64,000 nucleotides of DNA from Nitrosopumilus sp. (GCA_965249555.1 OZ252243.1:1984001-2048000); one strand, 5' to 3'; counted from the first letter of the stretch, positions 39,965 through 50,197 are shown. Notes: generated by a model from the letters alone, not told the origin. Translations and numbers: made by a program.

Positions 39965-40756
39965 ATGTCAGAGTTGGATGGAATCAATCAGCATCTCGAA
40001 GAGTTAAGAAAAAGATTACTTAGAATTGTACTAGTTATTGGTATTATTACTGCATTTATTTTATTTTTTCATGCAGAGTCAATCCAAGTAGGTCAAATTA
40101 CATTGTATTATCCAACACCTGAACCATTAAACAACATTGCAGCACAAATTACTAACCATATGAAATTCAATCTTGTTCCAGAAGATGTTCAGTTAATTCA
40201 AACAGCCCCAGGACAAGCTTTCTTTGCTCAAATATACATTGCAGCACTGGTAGGTATTGTTGCTGGAATGCCGATTATCATCAGAGAGTTAGTTGGATTC
40301 ATCAAACCAGCACTAAAAGAAAATGAAATCAATGTCAGTAGAAGTATCTCACTTCCAGCATTGGGTCTTTTTATTGCAGGCTGTATTTTTTCATACAGTT
40401 TTGTGATTCCATACATTTTAGAATTTTTGTACAGATATGGAGAATCGGCAGGGCTTGTAACTTTTCTAAATATAATGGATTTTGTTACTTTTGTTTTGCA
40501 ATTTTTGTTGGCATTTGGATTTTCATTTCAGCTTCCACTTGTAATGTATGCAATTTCTGTATCAGGAATGGTAGATTCAGACTTTTGGAGAAAAAATATC
40601 AGATATGCAATTGTTGCAATTGTAATTTTCGGTGCAGTAATTACGCCAGATGGAAGTGGTGTAACAATGTGGTTTATCGCAATTCCAATGATTATTCTTT
40701 ATGTAGCAGGCATGATAGTTATTGAGCGTAAAGAACGTAAAAAGTTGAACACTTAA
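39965..40756 (+). CDS. tatC: Twin-arginine translocase subunit TatC
   Basis: HLEELRKRL, FIKPAL, FQLP, AVITPD. Confidence 0.95.
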   Translation: MSELDGINQHLEELRKRLLRIVLVIGIITAFILFFHAESIQVGQITLYYPTPEPLNNIAAQITNHMKFNLVPEDVQLIQTAPGQAFFAQIYIAALVGIVAGMPIIIRELVGFIKPALKENEINVSRSISLPALGLFIAGCIFSYSFVIPYILEFLYRYGESAGLVTFLNIMDFVTFVLQFLLAFGFSFQLPLVMYAISVSGMVDSDFWRKNIRYAIVAIVIFGAVITPDGSGVTMWFIAIPMIILYVAGMIVIERKERKKLNT

Positions 40757-40780
40757 ATTTCAAATCAAGAAATTATTTGT

Positions 40781-40987
40781 ATGCTTGGAAGTACAGAGAT
40801 CATCGTATTAGTTGTAGTTATCGGTGTGTTAATTTTTGGTGCAAAAAAGATTCCAGAACTTGCAAAGACTTTTGGTAAAGCCAAAGGAGAATTTGAGAAA
40901 GGGAAAATAGAAGGTGATAAAGAACTCAAAGACTTTAAGGGAAAAATAGACAATGTCACCAAGGATAAAGAAGTAAAATCAGACTAG
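40781..40987 (+). CDS. tatA: Twin-arginine translocase subunit TatA
   Basis: LIFGAKKIPELAKTFGKAKGEF. Confidence 0.93.
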   Translation: MLGSTEIIVLVVVIGVLIFGAKKIPELAKTFGKAKGEFEKGKIEGDKELKDFKGKIDNVTKDKEVKSD

Positions 40988-41412
40988 TTTTCGGCGATTT
41001 TTGCAAAATCATCTAAAATTTTAGCATAATCTTGTTCAAACTTGTTTTTTCCAAATATGCTTGACATCCTCATTTTACCCTTTAATTTTAAATCCACATC
41101 AACAATAATTTTTGTTCCTTCAGAAACTTCGATAAATTGTTGTTTGATGTAACTTCCTTTGGCATCACCGCCAATAACAAAAACCTCATGCAATACTGGT
41201 TCTCGAGTAACATGTTTTGCCATAATCACTAGTTCCAAATCTCCAAGATTCATGTGTTCTTCTACCACAGAGGTATTTCCTCTAACAGAACACACTCTAA
41301 CAGATGGAAAGTGTTGTGGAATTAATTTCTGATAGTTTTCATAATTTGATAATATTCCATAGACAGTTTCTCTTTTTGCATTAACTATTTTTTCTAAAGA
41401 GAACTTTGTCAA
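40984..41412 (-). CDS. SRPBCC / polyketide cyclase-like protein
   Basis: VNAKRETVYGILSNYENYQKLIP START-like N-terminus. Confidence 0.75.
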   Translation of the reverse strand: MTKFSLEKIVNAKRETVYGILSNYENYQKLIPQHFPSVRVCSVRGNTSVVEEHMNLGDLELVIMAKHVTREPVLHEVFVIGGDAKGSYIKQQFIEVSEGTKIIVDVDLKLKGKMRMSSIFGKNKFEQDYAKILDDFAKIAEN

Positions 41413-41419
41413 AGGTAAT

Positions 41420-41977
41420 TTAGAGAGTGCCCCATCGAGGGTATAAATCGTGCTCTATGTTAAACTGGTCCAGACACTTTCCCACTCCGTGATTAACAAT
41501 ATCATCAATTGATTTTGGTTTTGTGTAAAATTCAGTCACAGGAGGTAGAATTACAACCCCCAAGCGAGATAACTTTAACATATTTTCTAAATGAATTGCA
41601 GAGAGGGGAGTTTCTCTTGCCATTAAAATTAGTTTTCTGGATTCCTTTATTGTAACACCTGCAGCTCTTGCAATTAATGTTTCATCATACCCATTTGCAA
41701 TTGCAGATAATGTTTTCATGCTGCATGGTGCAATGATCATTCCATCAACTCTATGAGTTCCACTTGAAACACTTGATGCCATGTTTTTTTCATTTGAGGT
41801 GCTAGTTGCAAGTGATTTTACATAGTCAGTTGTGTATTCAGTCTCCATGGAAATACATTTTTCAGCCCATTCTGACATAATCAGGTGAGTTTTTACATCA
41901 AGTTTTTTAAGAGTCTCAAGCATCCTGATTCCATAAATTACTCCAGTGCTGCCAGTAATACCAATGATTAGTTTCAA
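41420..41977 (-). CDS. ubiX: Flavin prenyltransferase
   Basis: GITGSTG, APCSMKTL, RETPL, FYTKP. Confidence 0.95.
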   Translation of the reverse strand: MKLIIGITGSTGVIYGIRMLETLKKLDVKTHLIMSEWAEKCISMETEYTTDYVKSLATSTSNEKNMASSVSSGTHRVDGMIIAPCSMKTLSAIANGYDETLIARAAGVTIKESRKLILMARETPLSAIHLENMLKLSRLGVVILPPVTEFYTKPKSIDDIVNHGVGKCLDQFNIEHDLYPRWGTL

Positions 41978-42031
41978 TAATTAATCTTGAAAACTATAGT
42001 ATTTTATGTATTAGATAGGAGATGGTTAGCA

Positions 42032-42154
42032 CTAGAGATTTTCTGCCTCATCATTTTTGGCAGATTCCTCTAACTCTTTTCTTGCTTTTCTTCGTTTAAA
42101 CCACAAAAAGATTCCAAGTGCAGTCATTACAGGTAGCAAAATTACTCCTACCAT
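42032..42154 (-). CDS. Small single-TM protein or 3' remnant
   Basis: MVGVILLPVMTALGIFLWFKRRKARKELEESAKNDEAENL*. Confidence 0.45.
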   Translation of the reverse strand: MVGVILLPVMTALGIFLWFKRRKARKELEESAKNDEAENL

Positions 42155-42197
42155 CTGTAGTTCAAAATTATAAAACACATCTAAAATCAGATACCAA

Positions 42198-42464
42198 TTA
42201 AAAAGAATCTTTGGATTTACGCCTATTAGATAAATTGAAAAGGTTTGCACCTGTAATAAATTTCTCAATTCCTGCATCTTTGAGTCTACTTTCAATCAAA
42301 GAATATGCTCTTTTAGCCACATCACAACCTAACCATCTCCTACCCAATCTTTCTGCCGCTAAACAGGCAGTGGCACAACCGCAAAAAGGATCAAACACAG
42401 TTTCACCAACATCACTACTACTTTCAATTACTCTCTCTAGTAATGCAAGAGGTTTTTGTGATCC
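42198..42464 (-). pseudogene. C-terminal fragment of an N4/N6 (beta-class) DNA methyltransferase
   Basis: QKPLALLERVIESSSDVGETVFDPFCGCATACLAAERLGRRWLGCD; catalytic DPPY half missing. Confidence 0.85.
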
Positions 42465-42523
42465 CTATAACTTCACTGCACCTCAGACAAATGTTTAAAT
42501 CTAATGTTTTTTACCAAAGATGC

Positions 42524-45139
42524 GTGTCCAAAGTGATACAGGGTATTTTCTCATTACTGATAATTTCTATAGCTGTCTTCTCAACTGATTATGCCTTTGC
42601 TGACGAAGTCATAGAAGAGCCTAAACGACCAATAATTAATACATTTGAAGTTTATGTTAGTGATAGTTTTTTTATTGAACCTGTAATACCTAAACAACCA
42701 GTAATTAATACAGACCATACTAGTGTTGCACCAGTTGTCAGTGGCACTTCCTACATATTGACATCTATATCCTTCATGCCACTAGTACCGGGTACATTTA
42801 CATTTGCATATCTCGATACCCAAGCCACATTTCTTGCTTATGAGAGCGATGTAGGTAAAATAAATGAATTCTTGATTCAAGCTAATTATGATCTTATAAA
42901 TTATGTTACCATTTCATATGACGGTGTTGTAGTTCAGGAGAAGTATATAGATCGTGGAATTGGTTCAGGACAAGTCACTTCAACAAGTATTGCACTTGAA
43001 TGGGATGTAGTAGATAATGCCGTAGGATATACGTTATACAAATTGGAGTTTATGCAATCAGACCAACAGGAGGTAGTAGTTCCAGGTACGAGTTTCTTAG
43101 TAAAAACTAGTGATACATCATTTACTGATACTGGTCTAAACCCAGACACAACTTACTTTTACATTGTAGAATCATATACTATTGATAATGTAAAGAATCA
43201 CAGAACATTACAGGTAACCACGGCATCTGCAGATTTTGATACCTGGCAAGCTCCAACTGCAACCCCGTCACTTTTAACAGTTGTAAGAAATGCTGATGAT
43301 TCCATCACGTTAAATTGGGATGCCTGGGAAGATGATGGTGTTGTAGAATTTACCAGTTTTATTGTTGAAATTGAAAGTTCAACTAAACACAATCGTATCA
43401 TCTTAGATGATCAAATACCCACTACTGTTACCAGTTTTACCATTTCTACTAATCATGAACATTTTGATGATGTGAATAATAGTGACAGAATTTTTGTACT
43501 TGCTGGTGATGATTTCTATAATTATATTTTGGCTGCCCCAGTGCCAGACCAAGTAGACCCAAGAACATTACAAGTACCGCCTGTTGAAAATGTAGTTGAA
43601 AATGAAAACATTGTTGAAATCGCATCAGTAATTAATACAGACCATACTAGTGTTGCACCAGTTGTCAGTGGCGGTTCCTACATATTGACATCTATATCCT
43701 TCATGCCACTAGTACCGGGTACATTTACATTTGCATATCTCGATACCCAAGCCACATTTCTTGCTTATGAGAGCGATGTAGGTGAAATAAATGAATTCTT
43801 GATTCAAGCTAATTATGATCTTATAAATTATGTTACCATTTCATATGACGGTGTTGTAGTTCAGGAGAAGTATATAGATCATGGAATTGGTTCAGGACAA
43901 GTCACTTCAACAAGTATTGCACTTGAATGGGATGTAGTAGATAATGCCGTAGGATATACGTTATACAAATTGGAGTTTATGCAATCAGACCAACAGAAGG
44001 TAGTTCCAGGTACGAGTTTCTTAGTAAAAACTAGTGATACATCATTTACTGATACTGGTCTAAACCCAGACACAACTTACTTTTACATTGTAGAATCATA
44101 TACTATTGATAATGTAAAGAATCACAGAACATTAAAGGTAACCACGGCATCTGCAGATTCTGATACCTGGCAAGCTCCAACTGCAACCCCGTCACTTTTA
44201 ACAGTTGTAAGAAATGCTGATGATTCCATCACGTTAAATTGGGATGCCTGGGAAGATGATGGTGTTGTAGAATTTACCAGTTTTATTGTTGAAATTGAAA
44301 GTTCAACTAAACACAATCGTATCATCTTAGATGATCAAATACCCACTACTGTTACCAGTTTTACCATTTCTACTAATCATGAACATTTTGATGATGTGAA
44401 TAATAGTGACAGAATTTTTGTACTTACTGCTGATGGTTTCTATAATTATATTTTGGCTGCCCCAGTGCCAGACCAAGTAGACCCAAGAACATTACAAGTA
44501 CCGCCGGTACTACCTGCCCCCTCAAAACCTCAAACCCTAGTAGCATCTGCTAATCACAACTCTGTAACTTTATCTTGGAATGAATCCAATGATGATACAA
44601 TTACAGGCTACAAGATATTATGCCGAACCCCTGCAACTGAATCCAGTCTCAAAACCTGTATTGAAAATACCGAAACAGTCAGTAACAGTTACACTGTTGA
44701 TGATTTAAAATCCGATACGGTCTATGTCTTTCGCGTAATTGCACTTAACGAGTCCGAAGAATCACCACGCTCCAATTTTGTTAAATTATCAACTGTTAGC
44801 GAACCCGTACCTTCCAACTCTGTTAAACCCCCAACTATTACTAGCGAACCTCCATCAAAACCTCAAAACTTGGAAGCATCTGCTAATAATAATACAGTAA
44901 AATTATCCTGGACTGATCCACAAGATTCGACCATAGATGGTTACAACATCTTGTGTAAAGAGCGTGGTACCAAAGACTTGGCAGTATGTAATACCTATAC
45001 TCTAAGTGATGACTCGCCAAGGGATTCATTTACTATCGAGTCATTAGATGATGGCAAATATGTCTACAGAGTAGTTGCATTTAATGAAGCAGGAGATAGC
45101 AAACGATCCAACTACGTACGAGTCAATATCGGCCAGTAA
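42524..45139 (+). CDS. Secreted fibronectin type III repeat surface protein
   Basis: Likely GTG start 42524 (TTTAAAT at 42494-42500), signal peptide ending DYAFA, multiple FN3 motifs (LxW...Y...GLNPDTTY; LKSDTVYVFRVIALN). Confidence 0.85.
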   Translation: MSKVIQGIFSLLIISIAVFSTDYAFADEVIEEPKRPIINTFEVYVSDSFFIEPVIPKQPVINTDHTSVAPVVSGTSYILTSISFMPLVPGTFTFAYLDTQATFLAYESDVGKINEFLIQANYDLINYVTISYDGVVVQEKYIDRGIGSGQVTSTSIALEWDVVDNAVGYTLYKLEFMQSDQQEVVVPGTSFLVKTSDTSFTDTGLNPDTTYFYIVESYTIDNVKNHRTLQVTTASADFDTWQAPTATPSLLTVVRNADDSITLNWDAWEDDGVVEFTSFIVEIESSTKHNRIILDDQIPTTVTSFTISTNHEHFDDVNNSDRIFVLAGDDFYNYILAAPVPDQVDPRTLQVPPVENVVENENIVEIASVINTDHTSVAPVVSGGSYILTSISFMPLVPGTFTFAYLDTQATFLAYESDVGEINEFLIQANYDLINYVTISYDGVVVQEKYIDHGIGSGQVTSTSIALEWDVVDNAVGYTLYKLEFMQSDQQKVVPGTSFLVKTSDTSFTDTGLNPDTTYFYIVESYTIDNVKNHRTLKVTTASADSDTWQAPTATPSLLTVVRNADDSITLNWDAWEDDGVVEFTSFIVEIESSTKHNRIILDDQIPTTVTSFTISTNHEHFDDVNNSDRIFVLTADGFYNYILAAPVPDQVDPRTLQVPPVLPAPSKPQTLVASANHNSVTLSWNESNDDTITGYKILCRTPATESSLKTCIENTETVSNSYTVDDLKSDTVYVFRVIALNESEESPRSNFVKLSTVSEPVPSNSVKPPTITSEPPSKPQNLEASANNNTVKLSWTDPQDSTIDGYNILCKERGTKDLAVCNTYTLSDDSPRDSFTIESLDDGKYVYRVVAFNEAGDSKRSNYVRVNIGQ
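42699..44505 (+). repeat. Near-perfect intragenic tandem duplication (42699-43581 and 43626-44505)
   Basis: 883- and 880-bp copies differing by 10 substitutions and one 3-bp indel on manual alignment. Confidence 0.95.
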
Positions 45140-45241
45140 TCAGCGACTTTTATTTTAACGGGAATTTGATACATGTCAGTGTCTGATCATTCAAATATTA
45201 TTTTTACATAATGATAAAACACACAAAATGATAAAGCTTGG

Positions 45242-45346
45242 GAAAAAGTCTTTAGAGGTCTAAAAAAGATGGGCACTCCAATACTAGATGGAATGAGGGT
45301 CTATTACAATTTCACCAAAAAGCATGGCTCACTCAAAGGAAAGACC
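45242..45346 (+). mobile_element. C-terminal sliver of an IS6-like DDE transposase/integrase
   Basis: EKVFRGLKKMGTPILDGMRVYYNFTKKHGSLKGKT matches the YN..R/K.H..L.GKTP integrase-core tail. Confidence 0.7.
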
Positions 45347-45349
45347 TCT

Positions 45350-45602
45350 ATCCATTGCAGAGAGAATCATTTCACTTGACCAGAAACTACGAAGAGAGTA
45401 TCTCAAGGTTTTGAGTCGTTCCCCAAAATCATCGCATCTCAAGTTGCTCAAGAAAGCAAAGAGTGGATTACTCCAACAGAGAGTTGTTATTTTGTTAAAC
45501 AAGGGCAATGCCCAAAAACTGCGTAGTTTGGCTGTGAAGAAAGATGTAGAAGTTGTAGAGATGGCAGATAAGATATTGTCTGATTATTTGAAGAGAAGAT
45601 AG
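45350..45602 (+). pseudogene. 3' fragment of a basic protein with a possible ribbon-helix-helix tail
   Basis: RVVILLNKGNAQKLRSLAVKKDVEVVEMADKILSDYL; the ATG at 45324 lies inside the transposase remnant. Confidence 0.4.
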
Positions 45603-45751
45603 AATTAGGTGTAAAATAATGTTAAGAAGATTATCGTTTTTTATCAAAACCCCCAAGTAATTACATAATAACTCAATAAAATATCATATGAGGGTCATTT
45701 TTCCATGAATACTTTCTAAGAATTGTTAAACACTTCTAATTCAACAGTTAG

Positions 45752-45955
45752 ATGTTGTCAGAAATACTTTTTGAAAAATTATTAGAACAGCGAGATTTCT
45801 ATCTGAACACCCTGAAACATCGCAGATTTCAATTAATAACGGATCCATCTAAAAAGGAACTTGAGGATATTAAAATAATGCAAACAAAAACAATTGAACA
45901 GTTAAAAAAAGTGGAACAAGAACTTGCATTTCTTTCATCTAAAAAATCACATTAG
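45752..45955 (+). CDS. Hypothetical coiled-coil protein
   Basis: 67-aa ORF. Confidence 0.6.
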   Translation: MLSEILFEKLLEQRDFYLNTLKHRRFQLITDPSKKELEDIKIMQTKTIEQLKKVEQELAFLSSKKSH

Positions 45956-45996
45956 AGGGCAATGAGTTTATCAAACCCATTCATTTTACAGAATTT

Positions 45997-46824
45997 ATGC
46001 TTGACGAACTTGTCAAAAATCTAGTTATAGTAAAACAAGATTTTGCAAAAAATTATACTGGGAGTGCTCACATTCAAGAAGTAATACCTGTTTCAGTTTC
46101 TAAACAATTTCCTATAGATGAACACCATTTGGAAATGCTTCATGATTTTGCTCAAAAAAATCCAATATACTATAATTCATTTGAAGAAAAAATTGCAGAA
46201 ATTCCATGTATTGTATATGAGGGTGATATCAACGAGTATTGGTTAAATAGCATAAAACATGGTTCTAGTTGCCAACCATTTTACCCTACATGGATAATGT
46301 CTGCTTATGTGATGGCTTTTATTGCAAAAAAATTAAGATATAACGAATTAGTAGACATTGGTTCTGGAGATGGACGAATTGCATTTTGTGGAAAAATATT
46401 GGGATTGATCTCACACAGTATTGAAATTGATGATGTATTGGTAAAATTACAAGAAACAATTAGTAAATCTACAAATCAAAACTTTAATCCAAAATGTAAG
46501 GATGCATTAGAGTTTGATTATTCACAACTTCAATTAATACATCCTGTATTTTTTATTGGAGGCCTGTCTCAAATGGGTGGAGATATTTTGGCAACCAATA
46601 TTATTGATAAAATAAATTGTATTTCTAATCTATCACAAAATACTGGATTAGTATTTGCTGGAAGTAATTCCAAAAGACAATTATCAAGTAACTTGGATAA
46701 TGGTGGGTGGAGCTCAATTATTGAAAAACATAATTTGAATATAGTGGATACAGTTTCATTGCCAACTATTTGGACTTTTGATCAAACAATTGAAACTCCA
46801 TATATTTTCACAAAATTCAATTAA
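45997..46824 (+). CDS. Class I SAM-dependent methyltransferase-like protein
   Basis: LVDIGSGDGR motif I, SIEID, DAL. Confidence 0.7.
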   Translation: MLDELVKNLVIVKQDFAKNYTGSAHIQEVIPVSVSKQFPIDEHHLEMLHDFAQKNPIYYNSFEEKIAEIPCIVYEGDINEYWLNSIKHGSSCQPFYPTWIMSAYVMAFIAKKLRYNELVDIGSGDGRIAFCGKILGLISHSIEIDDVLVKLQETISKSTNQNFNPKCKDALEFDYSQLQLIHPVFFIGGLSQMGGDILATNIIDKINCISNLSQNTGLVFAGSNSKRQLSSNLDNGGWSSIIEKHNLNIVDTVSLPTIWTFDQTIETPYIFTKFN

Positions 46825-47125
46825 CATAAAAAAAATAATTTTCATCCAAAATACCACATTTTGAAATTTTAACTATCTGACCTATCTTGGGAATTTGTAA
46901 AATTTTTGCCATCACTTTAATAGTATTTTCAAACTCTACTATGCAAAAATATTCCTTATTTTGCTTCGAAAATTCGATTATTTTGCCTTGAAAATCTCCT
47001 TTTCTTAGAGATATTAATCCAAAACAATGACTACAAAATTCCACAGGTGGCCACACAATTTTCTTGCAAACTGTACATTCAGGAATACAGAATTTCCCTT
47101 GTAATAATTCAGACTCAAAACTCAT
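46817..47125 (-). CDS. DUF35 Zn-ribbon/OB-fold protein
   Basis: CTVC...PP...CSHC; coupled to the thiolase. Confidence 0.85.
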   Translation of the reverse strand: MSFESELLQGKFCIPECTVCKKIVWPPVEFCSHCFGLISLRKGDFQGKIIEFSKQNKEYFCIVEFENTIKVMAKILQIPKIGQIVKISKCGILDENYFFYVN

Positions 47126-48231
47126 TTTTCTAAAACCAACACTGTTGAAGATGTAGCTGCTGCAGACATATTGTGAACCAATCCTACATCAGCATTGTCA
47201 ACTTGCCTTGTATCTGCATTTGATTGAAGTTGTTGTGTAATTTCTATAGTCTGAGCTATACCTGTTGCACCAAGTGGATGCCCTGATCCAATCAATCCAC
47301 CTCTAGGATTTATTTTAAAATCATTTGTATCATAAAGTTCTTTAACCATATTAGTTCCATTACCTGATTCAGAAAAACCCAAGGATTCTAATGCCATTGG
47401 TTCACAAACAGAAAATGCATCATGTACTTCTGCAACATCAATATCTTCTATGTTCTGATTTGCCATTTTTAATGCGGCATATCTTGCTATTTTAGTTGAT
47501 TCCATTGAACTAAACGAAGTATTTTTTGTGAATCCTGCCGAAATTGTTTTTTGACCAATACCTGTAATCCATATTGGTTCATCAGTAATCTTCTTAACTA
47601 TTTCTTCAGATGCCAAAAGAATAGATGCGCTACCCGTGCAAGGTCTTGAACAATCCAATAGTTTTAGATCGTCTGTCAATTTTTTAGAATTCATTACATC
47701 TTGTATTGTGAAAGTTTTGTTTGATAGTGCATTGGGGTTTTCTTTAGCTTGTTTATGATTCTTTACTGAAACTAGTGATATCTGTTCATCTGAAATTGAA
47801 AATTCACGTTTATATGATTTAGTAAAAATAGATGCCCAAAATATTGGATGCTTGAATTCCCCTCTAGAATTATCCCATTCTAAGATTTGACCAGGACTGT
47901 CATATCTTTCAGCACCATTAATGAGAACCACATTTGCAAGACCTGACGCAATATAGGAATATGCTGAAACTATTGAATTTGTGCCTGAATTACATAGACT
48001 TTCTATAGAATGAGCTATTTTTGGCTGAATTCCAGCCATTTCTGATAAAATCGCTGCAAGATATTTTGAATTATTGTTTGTAGAAACTAACACAGCATCA
48101 ATATCATTTCTGTTAATTTTTGGGTTAGTTTCAAAGAGTTTTTTTGTAGATTTGAGTAAAACAGATTCTATTTTTTGATCATCTTTTGTAAATGGGGTGA
48201 TTCCATATGCTGCTATTCCTACTTTAATCAT
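47122..48231 (-). CDS. Thiolase family protein (SCP2-type)
   Basis: ESLCNSG, AEVHDAF, INPRGG, GHPLGATG. Confidence 0.9.
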   Translation of the reverse strand: MIKVGIAAYGITPFTKDDQKIESVLLKSTKKLFETNPKINRNDIDAVLVSTNNNSKYLAAILSEMAGIQPKIAHSIESLCNSGTNSIVSAYSYIASGLANVVLINGAERYDSPGQILEWDNSRGEFKHPIFWASIFTKSYKREFSISDEQISLVSVKNHKQAKENPNALSNKTFTIQDVMNSKKLTDDLKLLDCSRPCTGSASILLASEEIVKKITDEPIWITGIGQKTISAGFTKNTSFSSMESTKIARYAALKMANQNIEDIDVAEVHDAFSVCEPMALESLGFSESGNGTNMVKELYDTNDFKINPRGGLIGSGHPLGATGIAQTIEITQQLQSNADTRQVDNADVGLVHNMSAAATSSTVLVLEK

Positions 48232-48232
48232 G

Positions 48233-49198
48233 TCACTCCTCCAGAAATGTTTTCTTTAATAATTCAAAAGATTCAGATACATCTCCTACCGGATTAAATT
48301 GAATTATTGGTAAATTAATTCCTGTTTCAGAAAAATTCTGAAGTTGTTTTTTACATTCTTCAGAAGTACCAACAATACAAAGTGATTGTAACATTGAATC
48401 TGTAACAAATTTGTAATTTGATTTTAATCCTGATTTTTTAAATTCGTCAAATATGTTAAATGTTTCATTTTTAAATCCATTTTTTGCTAAAAATTCTCTA
48501 TACACTTTCCCCACAGATATATAAAATGCCAATGTTTTTTTAGCACGTTCAATTGCAATATCTGAATCCTCTGCAACACAAGTAATTATCTGACAAGTGA
48601 CGTCAATTTTTTTCTTTGATTGCATTTTTGTTATTGTTTCTTTCATTTCATTTATTGGTCTTAGATAAAAAATTACACCATCCCCAATATCCAATGCTAA
48701 TTCAACCATTTTTTGATTAACAGCTGCTAAATAAATTGGAATTGATTCTCTTTTAGGTTTTATCAACAACATAAAATTATTTAAATTGAAAATATCTCCA
48801 GCGTAATTTACTTTTTTCCCAGATAGTACCAATCTTATTATTTCAACGTATTCTCTCATTCGTTGTACTGGTTTTTCAAATTTGTAACCATGAAAAGTTT
48901 CAACTACCGGTAAACTACTTGTTCCAAGACCTAGAATTAACCGTCCATCAGACAAAGTATCTACAGTAGCTGCACCCATTGCAATTACAGACGGACTTCT
49001 TGAATAGATGTTGATAATAGACGAGCCTATTTTTTGGGTTCTTGTCTTGTTAGACACAGCACTTAGCATTGAAAAATTCTCCATTCCCCATGTTTCAGGT
49101 ATCCAAATAGTGTCAACGTTAGTTTTAGACAGGATTTCTGAACATCCTAGAACCTGATTTACTGACAGTAATGAGCCTAGACTATATGCAATTCGCAT
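48233..49198 (-). CDS. LLM-class flavin/F420-dependent oxidoreductase
   Basis: WIPE, RSP...ATVDTLSDGRLILGLG, IPIYLAA. Confidence 0.9.
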   Translation of the reverse strand: MRIAYSLGSLLSVNQVLGCSEILSKTNVDTIWIPETWGMENFSMLSAVSNKTRTQKIGSSIINIYSRSPSVIAMGAATVDTLSDGRLILGLGTSSLPVVETFHGYKFEKPVQRMREYVEIIRLVLSGKKVNYAGDIFNLNNFMLLIKPKRESIPIYLAAVNQKMVELALDIGDGVIFYLRPINEMKETITKMQSKKKIDVTCQIITCVAEDSDIAIERAKKTLAFYISVGKVYREFLAKNGFKNETFNIFDEFKKSGLKSNYKFVTDSMLQSLCIVGTSEECKKQLQNFSETGINLPIIQFNPVGDVSESFELLKKTFLEE

Positions 49199-49253
49199 GA
49201 AAATTGTACGTACATTGGATATTTAGCGTATCTGTTTTACTAATGGGTTAATT

Positions 49254-49445
49254 TTGATTGAGGTGGAGTATTATCCGATCAAATACCAATCACAAACATT
49301 GAGTGAACAGACTTTTATTGAAAAACCATACAGGGGGGAAACCTTTTGGAATAATGCTACACAATACACCCTATCTAGCAAAGATGAATCCTTTGTAGAA
49401 GAAGTAGCATACATGATGGTTACATTGCACAGAACAGGTGCATAA
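49254..49445 (+). CDS. Hypothetical protein or remnant
   Basis: 63-aa ORF with TTG start, fills the intergenic gap. Confidence 0.35.
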   Translation: MIEVEYYPIKYQSQTLSEQTFIEKPYRGETFWNNATQYTLSSKDESFVEEVAYMMVTLHRTGA

Positions 49446-49457
49446 GACTCAAATTTT

Positions 49458-50126
49458 TTATTTTATTATTTTTTCTATTTCTAGTGAACCCTCTTCAATA
49501 TCTTTGATAGAGTCTATCGAATACCATTTTATCTTTTTAAATTTGATTGTATTGAGTTTACCTTTTTTTGCATAACTTGGAAAAAGTGTTTTTTCTATAT
49601 CTCCTTTATTTGGTAAATCTTTGAGTGTTTCTTTTTGAAGATAATAAATTCCTGCATTCATCCACAAATCTGAAATCTCTTTTTTTTCTCTAAATTTTGA
49701 TATTTTATTTCCATTCGTTTCTAACGTGCCAAATTTAGTTCGTAATTCAATTGATGCTATAGAATTTGGTTTTTTGGAGAGTTTTCTTAAATCAATATTT
49801 GTAATTACATCCCCATTAATTACAAAAAATGATTCATCTTTAATCATTTTTCCTGCTTTTTTAATTGCACCTCCTGTACCTAATGGCAATTTTTCAATTG
49901 AGAATTTTATTTTAATTCCAATATTTTTCATAGATAAATAATTTTCAATCATTTTTGTTTTGTAACCTGTACAGATAATTACTTCATTAATCCCATATTT
50001 TTTTAGATATTTTATCTGCCATTCAATAATTGGTGTGTTTTTTATTGGAATGAGAGGTTTTGGAACATAATCTGTAATTGGGCTTAATCTTTTACCTCGT
50101 CCACCTGCTAAAATTATTGCTTTCAA
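49458..50126 (-). CDS. Sugar-phosphate nucleotidyltransferase
   Basis: KAIILAGGRGKRL...PKPL, PLGTGG, NGD. Confidence 0.92.
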   Translation of the reverse strand: MKAIILAGGRGKRLSPITDYVPKPLIPIKNTPIIEWQIKYLKKYGINEVIICTGYKTKMIENYLSMKNIGIKIKFSIEKLPLGTGGAIKKAGKMIKDESFFVINGDVITNIDLRKLSKKPNSIASIELRTKFGTLETNGNKISKFREKKEISDLWMNAGIYYLQKETLKDLPNKGDIEKTLFPSYAKKGKLNTIKFKKIKWYSIDSIKDIEEGSLEIEKIIK

Positions 50127-50197
50127 CTATAATTCTCTAATTTTTGGAGTATATGAAAATTTTCAAAGTTAGTAGATATTGAATAAAATTTCATCAA

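Noticed and set aside
42443-42523. ORF-track start of the FN3 protein
   Set aside because: Lies within the methyltransferase remnant and upstream of the TATA box; the signal peptide fits a start at 42524
42699-44505. Duplicated segment as a DGR template/variable repeat pair
   Set aside because: Differences are bidirectional and include C/G and T/C changes rather than adenine-specific ones, both copies are in-frame coding and far longer than typical TR/VR, and no reverse transcriptase is in the window
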